Virus record (IMG/VR): IMGVR_UViG_3300023214_000354
Location: 1-27,074 of that record
Length of the DNA stretch: 27,074 bases
Strand: one strand, 5' to 3'
Origin: a virus
Lineage: Duplodnaviria; Caudoviricetes
Positions within the stretch are counted from its first letter, which is position 1. Each line of letters starts with the position of its first letter. Position numbers and translations under genes: made by a program. Below are positions 16,129-23,067 of this stretch, piece after piece. The notes under the pieces were generated by a model. The model saw only the letters and a program-made list of their open reading frames with translations, did not search any database and was not told where the DNA came from.

Positions 16129-16429
16129 CGTCGGGTACCTCCAAGTTTGCGATCGCAGCGCGGTCGCGGTTGGCTTGCTCTATCACGCTGTAAGCGGCCG
16201 GGGCAAACTCAGCCACACACGCCCTCAGCGTGGTCGGGGGCGCCGGCACAGCCAGCGGCGTCGTCCGGCTGGCCGGCACCGGCATCCATACCCGGCGCTC
16301 GACCTCGATCCGTTCCGGCTGCACGATCTGCCGCGTCGAGCAGCCGGTCGTAAGCAGCGCCAGGCACAGGCATATCGAGACAGGCAGCCAGCGCCGGGCC
16401 GGCGGCCTGCAAATCAGTGTCAAGTGCAT
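16118..16429 (-). CDS. o-spanin (Rz1-like lipoprotein)
   Basis: AGGAG SD; lipobox LLTTGC; Pro-rich; overlaps the i-spanin in another frame. Confidence 0.8.
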   Translation of the reverse strand: MHLTLICRPPARRWLPVSICLCLALLTTGCSTRQIVQPERIEVERRVWMPVPASRTTPLAVPAPPTTLRACVAEFAPAAYSVIEQANRDRAAIANLEVPDDGN

Positions 16430-16748
16430 TGCGGGTCTCCTGCAGGCGCCTTTCCAGCGCCGTGATCTCGGCAGTGCGGCGCAGACGTTCGGCCTCGGCG
16501 GTCTCGGTCGCATCTGCAAACTCTTGCTCGCAAGTCGAGAGGTCGCCGCGCAGCGTGGTCAGCGTCGCCGCGAACGAATCGTTGACCCGCCACGACTCGC
16601 GCAAGTCCGCCTGCGCGGTACGCAGTTTGCCGAGCGTTTGGGCGTGGTAGACACCGATCGCGGCCACGCCCAGGCTGGCGATCGCGGCCCAGGCGACGAG
16701 CAGCGCGCGCATCCAGTTGATCGGATTGGCCGCGGCGACAACACTCAC
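16209..16748 (-). CDS. i-spanin (Rz-like)
   Basis: GTGA-coupled to the endolysin; N-terminal TM, long coiled coil, CLDMPVP motif. Confidence 0.8.
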   Translation of the reverse strand: MSVVAAANPINWMRALLVAWAAIASLGVAAIGVYHAQTLGKLRTAQADLRESWRVNDSFAATLTTLRGDLSTCEQEFADATETAEAERLRRTAEITALERRLQETRNALDTDLQAAGPALAACLDMPVPGAAYDRLLDAADRAAGTDRGRAPGMDAGAGQPDDAAGCAGAPDHAEGVCG

Positions 16749-17494
16749 GGGCAGCGCTCCGTCAGCGGGTTGCCGCGCCAGCCGGCGCGCGCGTATCGGG
16801 GCTCGAGTTCGCACATTACGCGCAGCGGATAGCGACGGTTTTCCCGGCAGGCCCACTGCGCGCGCAGACAGTGTCGATCGACGCCGTGCCACCAGCGCTC
16901 GGCCGCGTCGCCGGCGTCTCGCGCCGCGCGCTGTTCGCGCCGGATCCAGCCAAGCCCGCCGTTGTAGCCGGCCAGCGTCGCGGCCCAGCGGTCGGCCGGG
17001 TCACGGAAGCCAGGCACGCGCCGGTGGATCCAATCCATGTAACGGATTTGGGCGCGCATGGACCACCCGGGATCCCAGGGCGCTGCCGGACGCAGGTCTG
17101 GATACAAGTCCGCTATCCAATCGGCGGTGGCCGGTGTGAATTGCGAGAGTCCGGCCGCGTAAGGGCTTTCGGCCGTGGGCCGCCAGCTGGATTCGGCGTG
17201 AATCTGCGCGGCGAAGCGCGCGGTGGGCGCGGCCGGGCCGAAGTGCGCCACGGCGGCGCGATCGAGCACGAGGCGGTAGCGCGCCGGCACCTGGATGGCA
17301 TCGTCTGCGACACAAATGTGCGGCACGGCCGTGCCGAGCAGGAGCATACCCAGCACGGCCGCCCGCACGGCCCTGCGTGCGCGAGCAGAGAGGGAGGCCG
17401 GGGCTGAGACCACCCCGGCCGATGGCCGATGCCCGGTGTTGTTATTCGCGCGCACGGCCGACGCGCGCTGGGCTTTTTCGGAAAAATTCTTCAC
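16745..17494 (-). CDS. Endolysin, SLT-family lytic transglycosylase with N-terminal hydrophobic signal
   Basis: AAQIHAESSWRPTAESPYAAGLSQFTPATA...LAGYNGGLGW...RENRRYP; GTGA overlap with holin stop (start uncertain). Confidence 0.9.
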   Translation of the reverse strand: MKNFSEKAQRASAVRANNNTGHRPSAGVVSAPASLSARARRAVRAAVLGMLLLGTAVPHICVADDAIQVPARYRLVLDRAAVAHFGPAAPTARFAAQIHAESSWRPTAESPYAAGLSQFTPATADWIADLYPDLRPAAPWDPGWSMRAQIRYMDWIHRRVPGFRDPADRWAATLAGYNGGLGWIRREQRAARDAGDAAERWWHGVDRHCLRAQWACRENRRYPLRVMCELEPRYARAGWRGNPLTERCP

Positions 17495-17841
17495 GGGACC
17501 AGCCCCGCAGCGATGATGCAAGCGGCCACAATCACCGCGCGACGAATCTGAGGTATGGGCGTGAACACTGGCAGGTCGCGACACGCGCGAAGATCGTCAT
17601 CCGACATATCGGACACCGGCACGTCTGAATCCTCGGACGTGAACCAGCTCTCATGCGGGCGGCAATACGGAAACAAAAGCCGGTCGATCCAGTAGCCGAT
17701 GTACCCGGCGGCCGAAATCTTGGCCAGGCCATAGACGGTGACCGCGAGCGAAATCGCGCTGGTGCCTGCGGCGACGGCGAACATCACGAGCGCGACGAGC
17801 GCAATCGGCCAGGCGCGCAGGAAATCGAGGATTCGGGACAT
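17491..17841 (-). CDS. Holin (2/3-TM putative holin family)
   Basis: TM segments; GYWIDRLLFPYCRP and IRRAVIVAACII motifs; GGAG SD. Confidence 0.85.
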   Translation of the reverse strand: MSRILDFLRAWPIALVALVMFAVAAGTSAISLAVTVYGLAKISAAGYIGYWIDRLLFPYCRPHESWFTSEDSDVPVSDMSDDDLRACRDLPVFTPIPQIRRAVIVAACIIAAGLVP

Positions 17842-17868
17842 GCCGGCGCTCCGGGAAAACACGAGCAC

Positions 17869-17915
17869 AGGCTATGAAGTATTGCGGCTGGAAAGCGTGC
17901 GAACGCGTTCGCAGG
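17869..17915 (-). promoter_or_regulatory. Lysis-operon late promoter: palindrome TGCGAACGCGTTCGCA plus -10-like TAGCCT
   Basis: Palindrome at 17898-17913; 23 nt to TAGCCT (17874-17869); directly downstream of the Mor/C gene. Confidence 0.72.
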
Positions 17916-17917
17916 TG

Positions 17918-18355
17918 CTAGCTACCGGTCCGCTCGAACAGACTACCCTGAAATCGTTCACGGTGCAGGCGGGATTGCGCGACGATGATTTTCTCGATGG
18001 CGCGCACGCTCATATCGTACTTTTTAGCCAGACGCTGTTTGGTCTCGCGGCGACCGTCCCACTCCTGCCAAATCGCGGTGCACTGCAGAGCTCGTTTGAG
18101 GAGCTCGCCACGCGCCAGATAAATCGGCTGGCCACCCAGGTAGTGCGCGATCGCTGCGACCATCTTGCGCGCAAGCGCTGGCACTCGATCGCTGTCGATA
18201 CCTTCGTCAGCAGCTGCCGCGCTCAGTACATCGACCAGATCGGCCAGAGTCTGCGGCCACGCATGCTCGACCGGTGCGTTGTCGCCGGCGCGCTCGAGCA
18301 GCGTCGGCAGGTCGAGGTCGTCGTCACATCCCATCAGGTCGCGCTGCTCAGTCAC
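17918..18355 (-). CDS. mor: Mor/C family transcription activator
   Basis: WPQTLADL...HYLGGQPIYLARG...IWQEWDG...LAKKYDMSVRAIEKII; GGGAGAG SD before GTG 18355. Confidence 0.88.
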   Translation of the reverse strand: MTEQRDLMGCDDDLDLPTLLERAGDNAPVEHAWPQTLADLVDVLSAAAADEGIDSDRVPALARKMVAAIAHYLGGQPIYLARGELLKRALQCTAIWQEWDGRRETKQRLAKKYDMSVRAIEKIIVAQSRLHRERFQGSLFERTGS

Positions 18356-18524
18356 TGAATCTCTCCCGGGCTTCGGCACGCTGACGCTGTGCTTCGTCTT
18401 CACCGATCATGCCCGCCCTCACGTGATCCTCGATCACCGACAGGCGACGTGCCAGCGGTGACTGCTCCGGCGCCACCGGCCGCGCCGGCGGCTTGAAGCT
18501 GACGCCATTGCTCTGAGCGGTTCT
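18348..18524 (-). pseudogene. Start-less 58-codon protein-like frame (probable gene remnant)
   Basis: RTAQSNGVSFKPPARPVAPEQSPLARRLSVIEDHVRAGMIGEDEAQRQRAEARERFSD*; stop overlaps the start of Mor; blocked upstream by TAG at 18525-18527. Confidence 0.5.
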
Positions 18525-18681
18525 CTATGATATCCAGCGGCTGCACCCGGGCTCGCACGGTCTCGCCCGAGATTTGAATCAGCGCGGTCGCATCCCGACC
18601 ATACCGGTCGAAGGTACCAAACCGCTCTTCGCCAGCTTGCCTGAATTTCACGAGGTCGCCGGACTGCAGGTTCAGATTCAC
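18400..18681 (-). CDS. Hypothetical protein, probably frameshifted or chimeric after ~residue 55
   Basis: GGAGG SD and GTGA coupling to gemA; beta-rich N-half, low-complexity C-half. Confidence 0.55.
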   Translation of the reverse strand: MNLNLQSGDLVKFRQAGEERFGTFDRYGRDATALIQISGETVRARVQPLDIIENRSEQWRQLQAAGAAGGAGAVTAGTSPVGDRGSREGGHDR

Positions 18682-19085
18682 GTGCGCCTCCGCTGGTCAT
18701 AGCTCAGAGCTGCGACGATCTTGCGCAGCCCGTCCGGCGTGCACCATTCCAGGCGCTCGGTCTTTACGATACGCTTTGCCAGCGCGTCGCCGTATGCGTC
18801 GGGCCGGCCGGCCTCGGCCAGCATGGCGTGGATCTTGCCGAGCAACTTTTCCCGGCCGCTGGCCGGCACGGGCCGGCCGGTGCGGCGCGGGCGGAAGCCG
18901 CGCGATCGCATGTGTTCAAGCACTTTCCGACGGCCGTGCGCGTCGAGGTCGGCGGCCGAACGAACCCGGCCGATGGTCCAAAGCATCGCGCGGTAATCCT
19001 CGTCGCTGAGCGCAAGCTGCTTCTTGGCCACGTGAATCTTGGCCAGGTCGCGGTTGCGCGGCGGTTTCTGCTGCGGCTGGGTCAT
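18678..19085 (-). CDS. gemA: GemA / Mu gp16 (DUF1018) regulatory protein
   Basis: LAKIHVAKKQLALSDEDYRAML...SAADL...VLEHMRSRGF...LRKIVAAL. Confidence 0.9.
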   Translation of the reverse strand: MTQPQQKPPRNRDLAKIHVAKKQLALSDEDYRAMLWTIGRVRSAADLDAHGRRKVLEHMRSRGFRPRRTGRPVPASGREKLLGKIHAMLAEAGRPDAYGDALAKRIVKTERLEWCTPDGLRKIVAALSYDQRRRT

Positions 19086-19312
19086 GCGTTGCCGCCTCCG
19101 GGCACGCCGCCCAGCTTCAGCATGCGGCCGAAGGCGTAGGGGCGCCGACGGTAAGGGCCTTCCAGCACGGTGTGGCGGCCGATGACGACCTCGTCGGTGG
19201 GCTTGTCGAGGGCGAGCACGGCGCGGTCGAGCCGCACGACGTACCAACCGGGCGCGCGCCGCTGGGCGCCCGGCTGCAGGTGGTGGTGAGTTGCCAGCGC
19301 GAGAACGGCCAT
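19082..19312 (-). CDS. Hypothetical protein, 76 aa
   Basis: GAGG SD; tightly packed and ATGA-coupled to gemA. Confidence 0.6.
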   Translation of the reverse strand: MAVLALATHHHLQPGAQRRAPGWYVVRLDRAVLALDKPTDEVVIGRHTVLEGPYRRRPYAFGRMLKLGGVPGGGNA

Positions 19313-19313
19313 G

Positions 19314-19556
19314 TCAGGCAGCCTCTGCGGATTCTGAGCCGCGCTCGACATATTCCAGATCAAGCGGATGATAGGTTCTGGGCCCGGGCTTGCCCTCGCC
19401 ATGCCAACGCACGCGCAGAAATGAACCATCGGCCGAGGTGATCCGGCCGCAGCGGGTGTGCTCCACCCCATCCGGATCGCATTTCAGGCGCACGACTGCG
19501 CCGCGCCTGACCGGCACCCCGTAGTGGTCCCGGATGGATTCCATCGCACCACTCAT
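19314..19556 (-). CDS. Hypothetical phage protein, 80 aa
   Basis: IRDHYGVPVRRGAVV...GRITSA...YHP; ATGA-coupled to gam. Confidence 0.7.
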   Translation of the reverse strand: MSGAMESIRDHYGVPVRRGAVVRLKCDPDGVEHTRCGRITSADGSFLRVRWHGEGKPGPRTYHPLDLEYVERGSESAEAA

Positions 19557-20086
19557 GCCGCCTGCTCCCACTGCTCGGCCTCTTTCAGCAGCGCGTTGAC
19601 CAGCTTGTCGACGTCGCCGTCGACGGGCTTGATGATGATCTGGTCGCCGGTGTCGGTGACGGCGGCGCCGACGCGCTTGAGCTCGGCAGTGGTCATGTTG
19701 CCCAGGCTCCTGAGCACCGGCTTTTCGATGACCTTGATGAGCGCGTCGGCCTGGTCGGGGAAGTGCTTGCGGATGAGCCGGCAGGTAGTTTCCGGGTCGT
19801 CGCAGACGATCTTGCCCTTGCCTTTCTGAATGCCGACGCGGATGCCGGCGATGGTGACGGTGCGCGGCTTTTCGAACAGGCCGGGGTTGCGCTCGACCAG
19901 GGCGGCGAGCTGGCTCTGGCGCTCGGCCACCATCTGGGCGGCTGATTTGATGCCGGGCAGCCGGCGGCGCTTGAGGGCCTGGGCTTCCTGCTCCAGGGCG
20001 TCGACGCGCTGCTCGAGCAGGTCGTAGGCCTTGCGGAATTCCTGCGTGGCCTGTTCGATTTGGGTCATGGGTGTAGTTTCGGTCAC
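19553..20086 (-). CDS. gam: Host-nuclease inhibitor Gam family protein
   Basis: GGAGG SD with GTG; N-terminal coiled coil; LFEKPRTVTIAGIRVGIQKGKG...ELKRVG. Confidence 0.75.
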   Translation of the reverse strand: MTETTPMTQIEQATQEFRKAYDLLEQRVDALEQEAQALKRRRLPGIKSAAQMVAERQSQLAALVERNPGLFEKPRTVTIAGIRVGIQKGKGKIVCDDPETTCRLIRKHFPDQADALIKVIEKPVLRSLGNMTTAELKRVGAAVTDTGDQIIIKPVDGDVDKLVNALLKEAEQWEQAA

Positions 20087-20424
20087 TGTGGATCCTCCAG
20101 TCGAATGTTGAGTTGGCCGGCCAGGTCGGGCAGGCTGACGCGCTTCATGGCGGCGATCTGCCGGAGCGATGTCATGGCGCGGCGGTAGAGAAAGGTGCAG
20201 GTGCGGTCGAGCTCGTCGTCGGTTTCGGCGATGTAGTAGCCGGTTGAAGGGTGGGCGCAGATGTGGTGGCCCTCGGCGCGCAGCTCTTCGATGGCGTGGC
20301 GGATTTTTCGCTCGCAGGCCTGGCCGGCGTCGTAGCCGCGCACGGCCCGGGCCAGCGCGGCCACACTGGCGCCGTTGTCGGCGCCGATGTGGCGGCTGAG
20401 CACTGCCAGCAGTTGCTCTTTCAT
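20083..20424 (-). CDS. Winged-helix protein conserved in Mu-like phages
   Basis: HIGADNG...ERKIRHAIEELRAEGHHICAHPSTGYYIA...LPDLAGQL. Confidence 0.8.
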   Translation of the reverse strand: MKEQLLAVLSRHIGADNGASVAALARAVRGYDAGQACERKIRHAIEELRAEGHHICAHPSTGYYIAETDDELDRTCTFLYRRAMTSLRQIAAMKRVSLPDLAGQLNIRLEDPQ

Positions 20425-20720
20425 GGCGTCTGGCCCCCAAACTCGACATCTGTGACGACAGGCGCAGTCGCCCATGCCAGCACCCGCCCCCGCACGGGGT
20501 TGCCGCCGGTGTGCAGCCACGGGATGCTGCGCCGGAGCATCGGTACGTACTCGCCGCTGATAGTCACCGGCAGCCGGCCGGGATCGTACTGCACCACAAG
20601 GAGCAGGTCGATCCGGCTCGGCGGGGTAACCCCCGCCGGCCGAAAGTGCACGTATTTCCGGACGATGCCCTGCGGCGAGGCCTCCGGCGACGGAAATGCG
20701 ATCGGTCCGCGCGGGCTCAT
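20421..20720 (-). CDS. Hypothetical protein, 99 aa
   Basis: ATGA-coupled at both ends. Confidence 0.6.
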   Translation of the reverse strand: MSPRGPIAFPSPEASPQGIVRKYVHFRPAGVTPPSRIDLLLVVQYDPGRLPVTISGEYVPMLRRSIPWLHTGGNPVRGRVLAWATAPVVTDVEFGGQTP

Positions 20721-20938
20721 GCGCCCACCTCAATTGCAATTGCGTGCGCTCGGCCCTGGCCGTCGATGACCTTCATGAACAGCTCATCGCATTCGGGGCA
20801 GATCGCCAACGAATCCGTGTCCGGGATCCTCGGTATTCCGTGGGCGCGCCTGCAGTGCGGACACTGGATATCGGTGACCGGCATGCCGCGTGCCTTCCAG
20901 CCGCGCAGAAAGTCGTCATACTCTGTGCGGGTGCTCAT
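20717..20938 (-). CDS. Small Zn-ribbon protein
   Basis: CPHC...CPEC; ATGA-coupled. Confidence 0.7.
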   Translation of the reverse strand: MSTRTEYDDFLRGWKARGMPVTDIQCPHCRRAHGIPRIPDTDSLAICPECDELFMKVIDGQGRAHAIAIEVGA

Positions 20939-21231
20939 GTCGCCACCTGCAGCGGTTCGATGCGTATCCGGTTGATGACCGGTACGTTTGCAACGTCAAA
21001 GCACAGGCGGTGCAGCAGCTCGGCAGCGGCGGTTTCGTCGCAGCGGTGCACGGCGTGACCCAGCAGGCGAACCTGCTCGGCCAGTGATCTTTCACCGCTG
21101 ATCCCGATGTCGTCCCGGGCTTCGGATAGCAGCTCGTGCGCGAGCTCGAGCTTTTCGTTGTTGCTGAGGACGTCGCAAAGCTCGAAGATATCCACGTCGG
21201 CTTCGCATTCTATGGTGGTGTGTCTGCTCAT
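20935..21231 (-). CDS. Hypothetical acidic protein, 98 aa
   Basis: ATGA-coupled at both ends. Confidence 0.65.
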   Translation of the reverse strand: MSRHTTIECEADVDIFELCDVLSNNEKLELAHELLSEARDDIGISGERSLAEQVRLLGHAVHRCDETAAAELLHRLCFDVANVPVINRIRIEPLQVAT

Positions 21232-21545
21232 GCCGCCACCCCATCCGCCAATCGGCGCGTCGGTCTCGGCGGCACAGGATCCGGCCGCTCAGTGGCGCGC
21301 CAGCGGATCGAGCAGCCGAGCTCGTTGGCGACGTAGGTGCAGTGCAGCTCGCCGTGGATGCGCTCGCGCTTGTACATCGCGTGGCGCAGCCGGTGGGCCG
21401 CGGCGCCGGCGCTGATCCAGATCACCGGGCGCGCGCCGCCCAGCAAGATCGTCTCGACGTGGATACCGCGGTTGGCCAACGTGCGCGCGGCGAACGAGGC
21501 CATGTCGGCCTGGCAGATGATTCGGTTGGTCTGATGATCGCTCAT
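21228..21545 (-). CDS. Hypothetical Mu-like early protein, 105 aa
   Basis: AGGAG SD; RPVIWI...GCSIRW motif. Confidence 0.7.
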   Translation of the reverse strand: MSDHQTNRIICQADMASFAARTLANRGIHVETILLGGARPVIWISAGAAAHRLRHAMYKRERIHGELHCTYVANELGCSIRWRATERPDPVPPRPTRRLADGVAA

Positions 21546-21718
21546 GATTGGCTCCTGATTCGGGTGAAGCGGTGGCCGCAGCAGCGGCGGCCATCGCCGT
21601 ACATCTGGTTTCAGCTCGCGACCTTCTGCGCGTAGCGGGAATTTCCCTTGCCCGCGCCCATCTGCGCCAGCTTTGCCTGGCGCTTGCGGCGGCGCTGCTC
21701 GCGTGACTTGCGGCTCAT
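21542..21718 (-). pseudogene. Small basic ORF interrupted by an in-frame TGA (codon 36 of 59)
   Basis: MSRKSREQRRRKRQAKLAQMGAGKGNSRYAQKVAS*NQMYGDGRRCCGHRFTRIRSQS*; ATGA overlaps at both ends. Confidence 0.6.
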
Positions 21719-22662
21719 GACGTACCCCCGAGCCGCTTCCAGGCCGCGCGGATGTCGTCGCAGTTCACTGCCCGGCCATCGCCGGCGGCGTACATGCTGG
21801 CAAGGCGCAAAGTCTTGGTCAGCGAGCGCAGCCCGCCGGGCGTGGCCGCGATCTTCCTGAGCGCGTCGATGCAGCTCTTGACGCTGATGCCCCAGGCTTC
21901 GATGATCGCGTCGGTGTCTGCGTTGGTCGCCTTGCCCAGGCGCAGCCGCTGGCCGACGCGCGAATACAGCCGGTCGAGGTACGGCGCGCGATTGCCGCCG
22001 GTGAGCTGACTGTAGGTCGCCTCGTTGCCCACCAAAGCCAGGCCGCAGCCGGTCGCGTCGTGGATCGCACGAACCTGGTCTAGCGCCTTGGTGTCCAGGT
22101 TCTGCGCCTCGTCGACGACCAACAACCCGAAGGTTCCGGTCATACGCTTGCAGATCGCTCGATGGATGCGCGCGGCGCTCTGGGGCGCTGGGATGCCGAG
22201 CGCGGCGGTGATGCCTTCCAGCGTCGAGACCACGCCGCTGTCGGCCGGCGTGGCAGTCACGACCCAGACGTTTGCATTGCTGGCCTGGTAGTGGCGAATC
22301 GCCTCGGTCTTGCCCAGACCGGCGCCGCCGTAGATCACGACCACGTCGCTGGCGATGTGCGCGTAGCCGAGCACGTCGAGAATCCGGGCCGTGGTCGGTG
22401 TGTTGACGTAGTCCGGCGCGGCCGGCAGCGCCTTGGCTTGTGCCTCGCGCTCGGCAATCGCCTCGAGCGCCGAGGCAATCTGATGCTCAACTTTGGAGTT
22501 GTCGCCGCTGTATTTGCCGGCCAGCCAGCGGCCGACGGTGCTGGCCGACGTGCCGGCCAGGCGCGCCAGTTCCGTCTGGCTCATCCCCGAGTCGAGCTGC
22601 GACTGCACCCGGCGGCGAAGCGCCTCCGGGTCGGTCTTGAGCTTCGATACTTTTGCGTTCAT
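21715..22662 (-). CDS. MuB-like transposition AAA+ ATPase
   Basis: N-terminal HTH (MSQTELARLAGTSASTVGRWL), Walker A GGAGLGKT, Walker B LLVVDEAQ, LYSRVG; AAGGAG SD. Confidence 0.95.
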   Translation of the reverse strand: MNAKVSKLKTDPEALRRRVQSQLDSGMSQTELARLAGTSASTVGRWLAGKYSGDNSKVEHQIASALEAIAEREAQAKALPAAPDYVNTPTTARILDVLGYAHIASDVVVIYGGAGLGKTEAIRHYQASNANVWVVTATPADSGVVSTLEGITAALGIPAPQSAARIHRAICKRMTGTFGLLVVDEAQNLDTKALDQVRAIHDATGCGLALVGNEATYSQLTGGNRAPYLDRLYSRVGQRLRLGKATNADTDAIIEAWGISVKSCIDALRKIAATPGGLRSLTKTLRLASMYAAGDGRAVNCDDIRAAWKRLGGTS

Positions 22663-22690
22663 CTGCTATGCTCCTTTCTGCTTGGTGTTT

Positions 22691-22742
22691 GCCCCGCTCC
22701 GGGGCGCTCCTTGTGGCCCCGGCGTTAGGGCGCCGGGGTTTT
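22691..22742. other. Two adjacent GC-rich hairpins
   Basis: gccccg-ctc-cggggc (22691-22705) and ccccggcg-ttaggg-cgccgggg (22717-22738), followed by tttt on the + strand. Confidence 0.6.
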
Positions 22743-23054
22743 ACCTTTCATCAACTCGAACATTCGGCGGCCTATCTCGGAGGCCTCTTCGCGGAGCCTC
22801 ACAAAGTCGGCCGAATTTAAGCGGCATCGCGCCGCCTCAATTTCGCTGACAGCGCTTTGCGTGTAAGGGCTGGCCAAAAACTCTGCGATAACGTCCGCGG
22901 TATGGCTTAGCTCGGTCGCCTTCTCAAAACAAAGGGCTGCTCCGGATACAGCCGCACCTGCCGGGCTCTCGTTTTCGATCGCAGCCTCGGCATTTCGCCT
23001 GCACCGCTTAAGTGCAGCTGACATTTCCATTTCCCTTGCGGATCCACCCGTCAT
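22725..23054 (-). CDS. Hypothetical helical protein inserted between A and B, 109 aa
   Basis: AAGGAG SD (23061-23066), ATG 23054; visibly lower GC than the flanks. Confidence 0.7.
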   Translation of the reverse strand: MTGGSAREMEMSAALKRCRRNAEAAIENESPAGAAVSGAALCFEKATELSHTADVIAEFLASPYTQSAVSEIEAARCRLNSADFVRLREEASEIGRRMFELMKGKTPAP

Positions 23055-23067
23055 TGCCTGCTCCTTG

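Noticed and set aside
21590-21613. Selenocysteine recoding as the explanation for the internal TGA
   Set aside because: No redox motif around the codon and no SECIS I can support by eye; a nonsense change is simpler
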